DNA of 64,000 nucleotides from the NCBI GenBank assembly GCA_963749495.1, contig CAVVMW010000014.1, positions 448,001 to 512,000 on the forward strand. The letters are read 5' to 3'. Source of the DNA: an uncultured bacterium (GTDB lineage: Bacteria; Verrucomicrobiota; Verrucomicrobiia; Limisphaerales; UBA8199). The position numbers were made by a program, and so were the translations under genes. The notes under the pieces are model-generated. The model was not told where the DNA came from. It did no database searches and saw nothing but the letters and a program-made list of their open reading frames with translations. Positions 42,010-52,057 of the stretch are shown piece by piece (the stretch's first letter is position 1; each line of letters begins with the position of its first letter).

Positions 42010-43313
42010 TGAAGGTCTAATGGTGGATCGCTTTGCCAGCTATAAGTTTTTGGCCGTGGCGCTCCTGTTGGCTTTTTGCTGGGCGCATGTGCGGCGGGAT
42101 TTTCTGATGTTCCGTCCGGGGGCCGATGCGGCGGGACAGGGCTGGGCCGATCAGTGGATCGAGGGTATTGGGCAATTATATCGGCTCAATGAGGCGCGGC
42201 TCGAAAGGGGCCGGGATTTGAAGGCCCCGGCACTTCCCGCCTCGTTTGTGCGGATGGACCTGGAGCGGATGAAGAGGCCCGCATATGCCCAAAGCCAACA
42301 GGCCCTGGTCCAGCAGGTGGCGAGCCTGGCTCAGGCCCGGGATGCGCAACTGGCCCAAGCGGGGCTGCCGTCCCCGCGCCGGAAGATTCTGGAAAGTCTG
42401 CTTGCAGCCCATAAGGCTGCCAGTCCAGCCGGTGAAAGTCCGGCGATGGTAAATGACGATAAGCCATCCAGTCATAACCGACGTGGGTATTCGGGGTGAC
42501 CCGGCCCACGCAAGCCCGGTTGTAAAAGCCCTGGCCGAAGCGGGGCAAGCAGCACCTCCAGGCCGCAGCATTAAGCGAACGTTGCAGCTTCGTTACACAG
42601 CCCACGTGTTTCGGAATCGTGGGGGCTTGTGGTTGCCGAGCCAATGCAGATATGGCGAAGGCAGCACCAACGACCAAGGAATCGTCGAGCGCAGTCGTTG
42701 GAACCACCGGAGTACGGGCGACGGCATGGGGTGGAAGGACTGGCAGAGTAAATTGGGGACCCTCTGCGGCTGGCGGGCTGGTCCCGCAGCCTGGCGGAAT
42801 AATGCATAAGCCGCTGGGTGGCCAACAGAGGCGCAGATGTGGCCATAGTAAGCGACGAGCCGACCGGACAGCACAACCGGTTGGGGAGCCAAGGGCCACT
42901 GGACCCGCGGTCGTGGTCAGAAGTTCTCGGTGCCGCTTGGACGCAAGTCCGACTACGGAACAAACGCCGGGGACGGAGATACCGACAGTGACGGCCTATA
43001 AGCGGGCGATGACACGCCCGCGAAGGTGGCCGTGGCGTCAGGCGGGTTTGAAGCCGGTACTGGGGAAACCCGCCGTACGGAATTTTAGAGGGGGCAGAGG
43101 AAACGAAGTGGATGGCCTGATGACCGTTTGCCACGATGCCCGAAAGGGCCGACACACTGGAAGTCATTGGCCTAATCATGTTCGCGCCTCTGCCCTACTC
43201 GATGGGAACATTGGGCCGGGTTGACGCTGTTTTTGGAGCATCCGGGGATTCCGTTGGACAACAACGGGGCGGAACGGGCCGGGCGGCCCGCGGCGGTGGG
43301 GCGCAAGAACTAC
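42010..43313 (+). mobile_element. IS66-family TnpC fragment interrupted by a group II intron
   Basis: LMVDRFASY...CWAHVRRDF; after the intron EHWAGLTLF...LDNNGAERAGRPAAVGRKNY. Confidence 0.85.
42402..43203 (+). ncRNA. ORF-less group II intron, copy 1 (802 nt)
   Basis: Domain V AGCCGGTACTGGGGAAACCCGCCGTACGG; domain VI ends CCCTACTCGAT; removing it restores the IS66 reading frame. Confidence 0.88.
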
Positions 43314-44100
43314 TCCTGCCGCTGGGCCTGCTTTTCTTCGTACTCCTCCTGCTGCGCCGCCGCCATCTCTTTGGCCCGCTCCTCAATAACCTGCCGAGCT
43401 TGCTTCAACGCCGCCACCCGCTTTTCCCGCCGCGCCAACTCGGCCGGAATATCCAGAGTCTCCTCGGCCTCCTTTGCGTCGGCTTGCTCGGCCCGCCCCA
43501 GCAACTCCTTCACTTCCAATTCCAACTGCTCGATCATCTCTCCAGCCCGCTGGTAACTCACGGCGGCATGCTTGCTGGCATTGGCCTGAATTTTGGTCCC
43601 GTCCACACTCACGGCTCCCACTTTGCTCAAGTGCAACTCCTGCGCCAGTTGCAGCACGCTCACAAAGGCCGCCCGCAACGCAGCCCCATTGACCACCCGG
43701 AACTCGCAGATCGAAGAATGATCCGGATGGAGATTGGCGCACAGATACCGCACGGCCACGTCGTTGTAGGTGGCGGCTTCGATCGTCCGGGAGCCAAACC
43801 GGCCGGTGGCGTAACAGCAAATCAGCAAAGCCAGCATCATCGTCGGCGGGTATTGCTCACTGCCAGTGCCACGGTCGTTGACGTGGAAGTGGGCGGTCGG
43901 GATCTGCTCCACCGCATCCACGATGAAATGAACGATATGGTCCTCGGGCACCCACTCGCGCAGATCGCAAGGCAGAAACATCGGCGTCTGCCGGTCCAAG
44001 TTCACAAGACGTGCAGCCATGGTGATCCGATCCCCTCCGGCCCGCATTTGTTCAATTTATTTCAAAATATTTTCGCTCCCCTAAGTCCGACAGGCTGCTA
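43310..44100 (-). mobile_element. IS1182-family transposase, 5' part (CDS from 44020) with left end
   Basis: DRQTPMFLPCDLREWVPEDH, YPPTMML, PDHSSI, VDGTKIQANASKH; end motif GCAGCCTGTCGGACTTAGG. Confidence 0.82.
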
Positions 44101-44982
44101 GCAAACACGTTCAGCGAATATTTACCTGGAATTAGGTCTAACTAATTGCGGCAGAAGTTATTAGCGTGAAAGAAGGCCGCTGCTGCGGAGGACTCAAGCG
44201 GACCGTAACCGTTGGCCTGAACCCCTGTGCGTTTGATCCGAGGAAGAGTGACGTACGCTCCTTGTGAGGAGCGAGATTTCTCGACCTTGCTGGCCTTCGA
44301 GGCTTTGTTCCAATCGATAAGGGCGCTGGCCGTGTGCAGATTCAAGCCTTGCCTGGTGGCGTCGGTACAAACCAGATCGCCGCAGTTCTCGATGAGCTTA
44401 GGCACCGCGGTGAAGTCGGCCTACAGGCCAAGCTGGCCAGTCCAACATGGGGAATCGCCTGTTTCCACAGGTTTGCCAGGCTACCTGGCAAGCAGAGCAG
44501 AGGACTCATAAGCCGATTTTGGCGGTTTTCAGCGCGTTTCACGGCGTCTCTCCGCGCACGCCAACCCTTCATCCCGCCCCGTGTTTACCGAGTCGAAATG
44601 CACTTTCGGCCCGGTTTTACCGGGCCGGGGGATGATTTTGCAAAAGTAAGCACAAAAGTAAGCACGAAAGGAAAAGGACTGCGTTTCCTTTGGTCTGCAT
44701 CAGCGCTTCCTTTGGTCTGGCCTCAAACCCTGCGGGTAGGGGAGGCCGGCGTGCTTTTTGGGGGTGGGTGCGGAGGCAACGCCTGGCCCAACGAGCCCTA
44801 AACCCGCGCGGGCGTGCCTCCATAAGAACTCCGCCTAATCCGTCATCCGCGCCTGCGTGGACCACAGTGCCAGCTACGGCCTGATGCTCAACAAGCACAA
44901 CCAGACCTTCCTGTTCCACTTCGACGGCGCCGCCGATGACCCGGTGTTTTACGTCGAGTTGCGCTTGATTCCGCGGCTTCCT

Positions 44983-46824
44983 TCATTTCTTCCTCAGCCG
45001 CGCGGCAATGTCCGCCTGGAAGGCGGGGGGTTCGAGTCGGAGCCGGTCGTCAGACGCGACCGCTTGAGCGTCGGTTACGCGCTTCCCTTCGGCAGTGTTC
45101 CACCACTGGACCGACCAGGCACCGTCGTCCACCCCGGTGAGGACCACCTTGGCACCCGTCAACGAGGGGGGAACGGCATTCGTCGCGCCGTCCGGCCAGT
45201 CGACAGCGCGATCCAGGAGCCAAACCAGCGCCTCGGTGCGCGAGGAAATCCCGAACGGCTTCACCCCGCCCTCAACCGTGTCGAACCGCGCCGGCCGCAG
45301 ATCCGCCCGGCCGATGCCCGTTCCCTCGAGGAACGCCGCGAGCGCGGACCAGTGAGGATAGAGGTTTGCCGAGTGAATGTTCTCCCACCACCAACTCATC
45401 GCGGTGCCGGCGGCGCCCGTGAAGGCCCCGCTCCAGAGGGCCTGGTGCAACGCCCGGAAATGCGGGTCGGTAGCAGGCTTCCACCCGCGCCAATCGGTCC
45501 CATACTCGCTGACGAGGAAGGGCTTGCGGTATTTATCGAAGAACCGCTCGGTCTTTGCCGCCATCATCTCCGCGGGGTGCGGTTCGTTGTAAGAATGGTA
45601 CTGCGAGAAGTCCATCTCCGGCAGGGCGTAGAGATCGGGCCGTTCGCTGCCGCCGGTGAAGCTGGAGGAGATCAGGTGGCGGCAGGGATCGATGCCGCGC
45701 AAGAAGCGGCCGAGGTCGCGGTGCCAGGCCACCACGTCCGCGTGCTTCAGGTAGGCGTACTCGTTGTCGATCTCGTTGAAGAACTCCCAGGCCAGGAGAT
45801 TGGGAAAGGCCGACCAGCGCGCCACGATGTAGCGCAGGCGTTTCTCATAGAGCTTCCGGGCCTCCGCGTTCGTGAAGAACTCGTTCTGGAGCTGGCAGGG
45901 CCCGCCGTTGGTGGCGTTATAAGGATGGCGGGGCCAGAAGTTGTTGCCGCCCCAGTAATCGGGTTTGATCTCGAAGATCCCGTGATAATCCAGGCAGAGC
46001 ATGACGAAGACGCCCCGCCGTTCGGCCTCTGCGAGCACGCGGTCCAGCCGCCAGGCATTGTCCATGCGGTAGTTGAGTTTGTCGCCGCGGTCCCACTCGA
46101 TACCGAAGGCCTGGTGCCACATCCAGAGGCGGATGTAATTGATCCCCGCCTTCTGGCTGCTCTCCAGCCAATCGTCGTAGTCATAAGTGCCGCGGCGGCC
46201 GTGCCAGCACATGCAGAGGCCGTCCAGGAAGAGCGGCGTGCCGTCGTCCAAACGGAACGAACGCATCCCCATCGGGTCGACCCTGGCCAGCCCGTGCCGT
46301 TTGCCGGGGACGGCTTCGATGACCGCCTCGCCTCTCGCGGCGATTTTGCCGGCGAGCGTGGCCCTCACCGACAGCGTGTGACGGCCCGGTTCAACTGGCA
46401 GCCAGCGGATGCGCCAGCGCTCGGCGCCGCCCTCGAGAACCTCGCGGCCGCCCTCGAGCTTCCGGCTGAATTCACGCTCGAAAAAACCGGGCACACGGAC
46501 GACTTTGCCGGAAGGGGCGGCAACCTCCGCGTCCAGCGCGACGACCTCGGGGTCGAATGGATTCGCCGCCGCAGGCATCCCCGAAACGGCGATCTCCACC
46601 CGCTCGTACACCTCGGGTTTGAAGGCGGGAAACACCAGGTTGAGCGCCGCGGCGGAATCGTCCGTGGCCGCCGCCGCCCCCAACAGGGGAGCGGCCAGAA
46701 TGAACATGCGCACGAGCTGGCTGATCTTCATGGGGAGAACCGGCGAGATCGGGATGAGTCTTTTCGTCTGCACGCGGAAGGCTAATCGGACCCTGGGAAC
46801 ATTGTAAACTGTCTTCGATGGCAC
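44983..46824 (-). CDS. DUF5060 plus GH5-like (clan GH-A) secreted glycoside hydrolase; start probably near 46730
   Basis: [19 protein letters not shown] (acid/base) and PFLVSEYG (nucleophile). Confidence 0.8.
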   Translation of the reverse strand: MPSKTVYNVPRVRLAFRVQTKRLIPISPVLPMKISQLVRMFILAAPLLGAAAATDDSAAALNLVFPAFKPEVYERVEIAVSGMPAAANPFDPEVVALDAEVAAPSGKVVRVPGFFEREFSRKLEGGREVLEGGAERWRIRWLPVEPGRHTLSVRATLAGKIAARGEAVIEAVPGKRHGLARVDPMGMRSFRLDDGTPLFLDGLCMCWHGRRGTYDYDDWLESSQKAGINYIRLWMWHQAFGIEWDRGDKLNYRMDNAWRLDRVLAEAERRGVFVMLCLDYHGIFEIKPDYWGGNNFWPRHPYNATNGGPCQLQNEFFTNAEARKLYEKRLRYIVARWSAFPNLLAWEFFNEIDNEYAYLKHADVVAWHRDLGRFLRGIDPCRHLISSSFTGGSERPDLYALPEMDFSQYHSYNEPHPAEMMAAKTERFFDKYRKPFLVSEYGTDWRGWKPATDPHFRALHQALWSGAFTGAAGTAMSWWWENIHSANLYPHWSALAAFLEGTGIGRADLRPARFDTVEGGVKPFGISSRTEALVWLLDRAVDWPDGATNAVPPSLTGAKVVLTGVDDGAWSVQWWNTAEGKRVTDAQAVASDDRLRLEPPAFQADIAARLRKK

Positions 46825-46849
46825 TCACGGCCACCAACATCGTCCCTGG

Positions 46850-47225
46850 CAGCCTGTTCTACGTCGCGCACAACATGCCGCACGTGCCGTTGGGCGTGAG
46901 CGAAAAATTCCGCGGCAAGACGGCTCGCGGACTTTACGGCGATGTGATCGAGGAAATCAACTGGTCAGTGGGCCAGGTTCTTGACGCGCTCAAGCGAAGC
47001 GGCCTCGAACAGAGCACGTGGATCATTTTCACGTCGGACAACGGCCCGTGGCTGTGCTATGGCAATCATGCCGGCTCGGCCAAGCCGTTGCGCGAGGGCA
47101 AGGGCACGAACTGGGAAGGCGGCACGCGCGAACCGTGCATCATGCGCTGGCCCGGCCACATTCCCGCCGGCGCGGACACGTGGGATATGCTGATGACGAT
47201 TGACCTGTTTCCAACCATTGAAATG
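46850..47225 (+). pseudogene. Arylsulfatase internal fragment
   Basis: [33 protein letters not shown]. Confidence 0.75.
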
Positions 47226-47241
47226 ACAGGCATACGAGCCT

Positions 47242-48339
47242 TCACCACTGCTCGAGGCGCTTGATAACCTCCGGTTCCTGGCCTTCCTCGACGCCGAGGC
47301 AGAGAAACACACCCTCGGGTTCCACGGCGGCGATGAAGCCCTCAAGCTCGTCGAGCTGCAAGTCCACTACGATGGATTTGCCGGCGGCCTGGATACGCCG
47401 GAGCAGCGGCACCCATTGGAGAATGGGCTGGTCCAGGCCCAGGCCCTGCACCCATTGGATGGCGTGAATGTCGGGCATGGCCAAAAGCAGGTCCAGGTGC
47501 CGGGCCACGCCTTTGCCGTCCACGTGATAGATGTTACGCGTCATGCCTGCCACTTCGCGGCGGAGCAGCGGCAGAGAACACCGGGCAAAGTGGCGGGTCG
47601 AAATCATGGCCGCGACATCGCAACTGGGGATGTGCAGCTTGCCGAAGGAAGGGATGCCGAGCCAGGTCACCGACGGCAGGCCCCGCGCCTTGAGCAGGCG
47701 GTCGAAATGGTCGAAAATGCGGTGAAAATCGCGCACGGAACGCTCCAACAGCGGCTCGAGCTTGCCCGGCGCCGTGGCCAGGTCCAGGCACAGAGCGGGG
47801 ATTCCGCGCCAAGCCGCCACGCAATCGAGGCTCGGATGAAGATCCGAGTAGCCAACGAGATACTTCCCAGCACAGCGTTCCAGTGCGGCGCGAGTCAGCT
47901 CGTCGAGCTTTCGAAAATAGACGCTGGTAAACGGGTCCGGAGCGAGCACAGACAAGTCCTCCAAGTCCGTTACGAGGGGCGCGTACCAGGACGTGACTTC
48001 GGCGAACTCGAGCTCCCCGCCATAGAAGGCCGAATAGACATTGGGGCCCAGGTTGGGCCAAAAGACCGGGAACGTTTCGGCGTGGAAGGTCCGGCCCGCG
48101 ATGGAGCGCTCGAAGGTCTCCACCTGATATTCAACGTCGAACCAACAATCCCGAAGAGTGGCCCAGCGGGCGGGGTCGAGGGCGGCGCCGCCTTCGTACT
48201 CGACGTTATGGTGGTAGAAGCGGATGGGCGGGCGATCGAGAACGGCCTGCTTGAACCAGGCTTCGATGCGGGCCAGGCAGCGGGCCGAGTCCGGCTTGGA
48301 GTCCAGGTCGAAAGGGTAGTCTGGCGTGGTTGGGTGCAT
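47242..48339 (-). CDS. URO-D/MtaA-CmuA-like TIM-barrel protein
   Basis: 365 aa; DLHPSLD, PSCD, IYHVDG, AIQWVQG. Confidence 0.65.
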   Translation of the reverse strand: MHPTTPDYPFDLDSKPDSARCLARIEAWFKQAVLDRPPIRFYHHNVEYEGGAALDPARWATLRDCWFDVEYQVETFERSIAGRTFHAETFPVFWPNLGPNVYSAFYGGELEFAEVTSWYAPLVTDLEDLSVLAPDPFTSVYFRKLDELTRAALERCAGKYLVGYSDLHPSLDCVAAWRGIPALCLDLATAPGKLEPLLERSVRDFHRIFDHFDRLLKARGLPSVTWLGIPSFGKLHIPSCDVAAMISTRHFARCSLPLLRREVAGMTRNIYHVDGKGVARHLDLLLAMPDIHAIQWVQGLGLDQPILQWVPLLRRIQAAGKSIVVDLQLDELEGFIAAVEPEGVFLCLGVEEGQEPEVIKRLEQW

Positions 48340-48354
48340 GCGGCCGCCCGTTCT

Positions 48355-49146
48355 TCAGCGCGGCTTGGCGGCGCCCGCCCTCCATTGCTCTTCGATTTCT
48401 TCGAGCGTCTTGTTCCTGGTTTCCGGGACGAAGCGCCAGGTGAAAAGCGCCTGGGTCAGCGCCATGAGGCCGAGGAACGCGAAGGTGGGCGCCTTGCCGA
48501 TTTGGTTAAAGGCCACCGGGAAGAACAGGACGGCCGCCGCATTTGCCGCCCACTGCGTCAGGACCGGCACAATCATCGCCGTGCCCCGCACCCGGTTGGG
48601 AAAAATCTCCGGCACCAGCGTCCAGAAGACCGGCCCGATGCAGGCAGCGAAGAAGGCGATAAAGGCCATGAAGAGGTAGTTGATGCAGTAGGAAACGAGG
48701 ATGCCGAGAGTAATGGAAAGCTGATAAAACGCGCACAGGCGCCCGCGCAGCACGGCCGGAGAAACCTCGGCCACATACATGGGGGACACGATGGAGGCAC
48801 CGCCCACCGCCAGCCCGCCCAGAAAGCGCGCGAGGATGAAGAGGCGAAAGGTCGGCGCCAAACCGGTGGCCACGGTGGTCGCGGCAAAGAGGAGCGCTAC
48901 CCCCAGGAGTATCTTTCTCCGCCCGGCCAAGTCGGTCAGACGACCCGCGATCACGGAGCCCACGATGCACCCAAAGAGCAACGAACTGAAGGCCCAGCCA
49001 AGGCTCAGATCATCCAGCTTGAAGTGACGGATGAGGAAAGGCCCCGCGCCGGTGATGATCGAGATGTCGAAACCGAACAACAAACCGCCCAGAGTGGCGG
49101 TCACCCCCAGGAAGGCGACGAATCGAAAGTTGATTTGGTTGGACAT
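48355..49146 (-). pseudogene. Sugar-porter MFS transporter with large in-frame internal deletion
   Basis: GGLLFGFD, GRRK, YVAEVSP, then jumps to EIFPNRVRG and PETRNKTLEEIE; central helices are missing. Confidence 0.8.
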
Positions 49147-49174
49147 GTTGGGGTTTGCCGTCGAGGCGGGCCGC

Positions 49175-51949
49175 TTATCGGTCAATGAACACACCTGTCG
49201 TGGGAAGCACAGGCTTGAGGCTCCAGCGGAGCGGCAGGACTAACGCGCTCAAGGCGCGCCCCGCCCGCGGCTCAGCGGCCGGCTGCGAAACAGCCGCCGC
49301 CTGCGGGGCGGCAGCAGCTTCCTGTGACGGGTGTGAAGACTGAGAAGGGGTTGAAGAGTGTAAAGGGAGAGAAGGGGAAGGAAGGGACGAGCGGACGTCG
49401 TCACCGGGTTCCCAGACGGCGGTTGCCGTCGTTCCTTCGGCCGTCTCGACAAACAGTTGGGCGCAATCCGGGAGATACCACGCACCTTCGTCGGCAGCAA
49501 GGAGTGTGACTTCAGGTTTCGCAAGGTGTTCGACCGTGCAAGGGAAACTCCCGTAAGAACCCTCCAGGGTGCCCACAGAGACACCGTCCACCAGCACGCG
49601 GAAAGGGCCGGGATGGTTGAAATTGGTGCCGGCGAGACGAAGTCTGGCCTTGGTGACAGCGCCGGCGGGCGCGGAAGCGGCTGTCGGCGCTGTGTTTGAC
49701 CGCCGCGGGAAACGCGCGTCGCGCACCACCGCAAGACGCGCAGTCTCGCCGTCCTCGAGCGCGGGTTCAGTGCCCGATCCCACCACCAGCATGGTGGCTG
49801 CGCTGTGGCGCGGCAGGGTCAAACGGGCCTGGCCAGGCCGGCTCCATATCTCGGCCCGGTAGGGCTTGTCCCCGAGCGGAATGGCATGGGCCCAGGTGAG
49901 AGCAGAGGCTTCCGGCAGCGAAATAGTGACCTCGACGGCAGTCACTTCGCGGTCGCCGCGGCTCAGGAATCGGATGCGGGAGGTCACCGGCACGAGGTAG
50001 CGCCCCTGAGGATCCGTGAACAAGTTGACGTTGTTGGCGCCGGTGGCGGCGACGCAATGCGGGCGCAAGACCTGGCGCCGTCCGGCAAGAACCTTGAAGA
50101 GCGGGGTGAACAACTCCTGCAGGTCTGCCGCGGCTTCCGCGGGCGGCTGTTGCGAGATAGGAAAGCGGTGGGCGATCATCTGTGGGAGCAAGGCGATCTG
50201 CAGCCGCTGTTTGAGTTGGGCCTCGAAGGGGGCGAGGTTGCGCGTGTCATAGGGCTTCGTGGCCTGCCGCCAGGCCGCTGCCGGGCGGAAGGGAATAAGG
50301 TAGCGCTGGGCCAGGTAGTCGGACTCGTGACACGAACCGTTGACGTCGCGCAGCACCTCGACCTTCCAGAACTGGTTCACGAGCACGCGCCGGCCCGCCG
50401 CATGGCTGAGCCGGCACACTTCCCGCACGGCTGCGGCGACCGGTCCGGCCAGGTTCTCCACGGGCCGGTCGCCCACCATGCTCAGGCCGTCGTCGTGGCC
50501 GTAGTCCAGGGTGCTGGCCCAGTCGAGGCGATCGATGACAAATCCCTGGCAGTCAGGCAACCGCCGGAGGTGGCGCTCCACTTGCTCTTTGAGTTGCGGC
50601 CAAAGCGAGTGGCCCAGCCCCGGGTTCATGGCCATGGCCCCTTCCCAAGTAGGGATGGCGTTGCTCGAGGCGTCCCGGATGAGGGCATCGGCGAAGCGTT
50701 CCCGAAGAAGGCGATTGGCCTCGGCAGGTTCGCCGCTCTGGCCGCCACTGCCGCCGTACTCCGTGACGTTGAAGTAAGCGTAGGTTCCGACTTGGTGCCG
50801 GAGCATTTCGTCAATGAAGGCGTTGATGCGGCCGTCGTTCATTGTCTCGCGCAAGTTCCACCACTTGGCATAGGTGTAGGGATACCAGTCGGGTTCGTCG
50901 GGCAGGTAGTTGCCCAAGTGCGTGAACCAGAAGGAGGACCAGATGTAACGCACATTCTGACGCTCCATTTCCAGAAAGTCCGGATGGGCCTGAATATGGT
51001 GGTAATAGAAGGAGCCGTCGTAGCGGTTGGGCGGCAAGGCTGGCTCGAAGTAGGCGGGGAACTGGCTGGCATAAGCGGCCAGCACGCTGCGGTAGTCGGC
51101 CTGGTGGGTGGTGAACAGGAGGCGCAAGGGGGAGGGCCGGCCGCCTCCCATGCCGCGGTGGCCCAGCGTGAAGCGCAGGACGCGCGCCTCGACCCATTCC
51201 ACCTGGAGATGCGGAATGTTCTGGTCCGGCGGCAGGGCCACCGTCAAGGCGCAGTCCTTGCCAACGTCAAACACACTGGCCAGGGGAAGAACGTAGGCGG
51301 TCTGGCCCGAGGCAGCCCCCCAGCCATTGAAACCATACGGAACCGGCCTATGTGAGGGCAGCAGCGAGAGATCCACTACGCCGCGATCGCTGGGAGTAAA
51401 GAGGCGCAGGGTGGGTGCCAGGACCGGCAGGTCGAGTGTGACTTCGTGGCCGGAGCGCGGTCCCTGGCCGGCAAAATCGAGATCCCACACCAGCCAGGCC
51501 CCCTCGCGGGACCAACGCGAGTTCATGGTCAGGCCGAGGGGGTCCAGTCGTGCTAGCACCGCGCCCTCGCGGATGGCGGAGCCATGGGCCGGCGCGGCGG
51601 CGGCGCCGGTGGTCTCCTTACGCGCTTGGAGTGTGGCCGACCCCTGGAGCCATTGGCGCTGGCTGTCACCCAGGCGGGTCTCGAGCTGCGCAGGCAGGCC
51701 GGTGGCGGGCTCGAATGTCGCGCGCAACTGTCCTGCCCTGCCGCCCTGGCCGACGGGTACCGTGATAAAGGAGCCGGCTTCCGAGGCTCCCGATGGCAGG
51801 GCCTCCTCGGTGGCGACGGGGAGCGCCAGGGCGCGGGCAGCCGGCTCCCCCACCACGAGCAGCACGGCGGTCAGCAACCCCCCAGGCAACCGCCCCGCCC
51901 AGGGCGAGGGCTGGCTCCGAAGTCGGGCTGTTCCTAATCTAAAGGTCAT
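49175..51949 (-). CDS. Secreted hypothetical glycoside-hydrolase-like protein
   Basis: Signal peptide; YFNVTEYG and IDRLDW...DDG shared with the neighbouring gene. Confidence 0.6.
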   Translation of the reverse strand: MTFRLGTARLRSQPSPWAGRLPGGLLTAVLLVVGEPAARALALPVATEEALPSGASEAGSFITVPVGQGGRAGQLRATFEPATGLPAQLETRLGDSQRQWLQGSATLQARKETTGAAAAPAHGSAIREGAVLARLDPLGLTMNSRWSREGAWLVWDLDFAGQGPRSGHEVTLDLPVLAPTLRLFTPSDRGVVDLSLLPSHRPVPYGFNGWGAASGQTAYVLPLASVFDVGKDCALTVALPPDQNIPHLQVEWVEARVLRFTLGHRGMGGGRPSPLRLLFTTHQADYRSVLAAYASQFPAYFEPALPPNRYDGSFYYHHIQAHPDFLEMERQNVRYIWSSFWFTHLGNYLPDEPDWYPYTYAKWWNLRETMNDGRINAFIDEMLRHQVGTYAYFNVTEYGGSGGQSGEPAEANRLLRERFADALIRDASSNAIPTWEGAMAMNPGLGHSLWPQLKEQVERHLRRLPDCQGFVIDRLDWASTLDYGHDDGLSMVGDRPVENLAGPVAAAVREVCRLSHAAGRRVLVNQFWKVEVLRDVNGSCHESDYLAQRYLIPFRPAAAWRQATKPYDTRNLAPFEAQLKQRLQIALLPQMIAHRFPISQQPPAEAAADLQELFTPLFKVLAGRRQVLRPHCVAATGANNVNLFTDPQGRYLVPVTSRIRFLSRGDREVTAVEVTISLPEASALTWAHAIPLGDKPYRAEIWSRPGQARLTLPRHSAATMLVVGSGTEPALEDGETARLAVVRDARFPRRSNTAPTAASAPAGAVTKARLRLAGTNFNHPGPFRVLVDGVSVGTLEGSYGSFPCTVEHLAKPEVTLLAADEGAWYLPDCAQLFVETAEGTTATAVWEPGDDVRSSLPSPSLPLHSSTPSQSSHPSQEAAAAPQAAAVSQPAAEPRAGRALSALVLPLRWSLKPVLPTTGVFIDR

Positions 51950-52057
51950 ATTCCAGCAAGGCGGTTGGTTGCCTTCCTGAAGACTGCATGGGACAGCGTT
52001 CGGGCTGCTCGTGGCTGAGGGCCATTCGCACGCGGTCTTTTGGTTTGACGGACGATC

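Noticed and set aside
42186..43224. ORFs inside the group II introns as maturases
   Set aside because: No RT motifs (e.g. YADD) and too short.
44142..44670. 87-aa ORF and the CAAAAGTAAGCA repeat
   Set aside because: No recognisable family or interpretable structure.
44857..49188. Long plus-strand ORFs (642 aa, 590 aa) and similar antisense ORFs elsewhere
   Set aside because: Shadow frames of motif-bearing genes on the opposite strand in GC-rich DNA.
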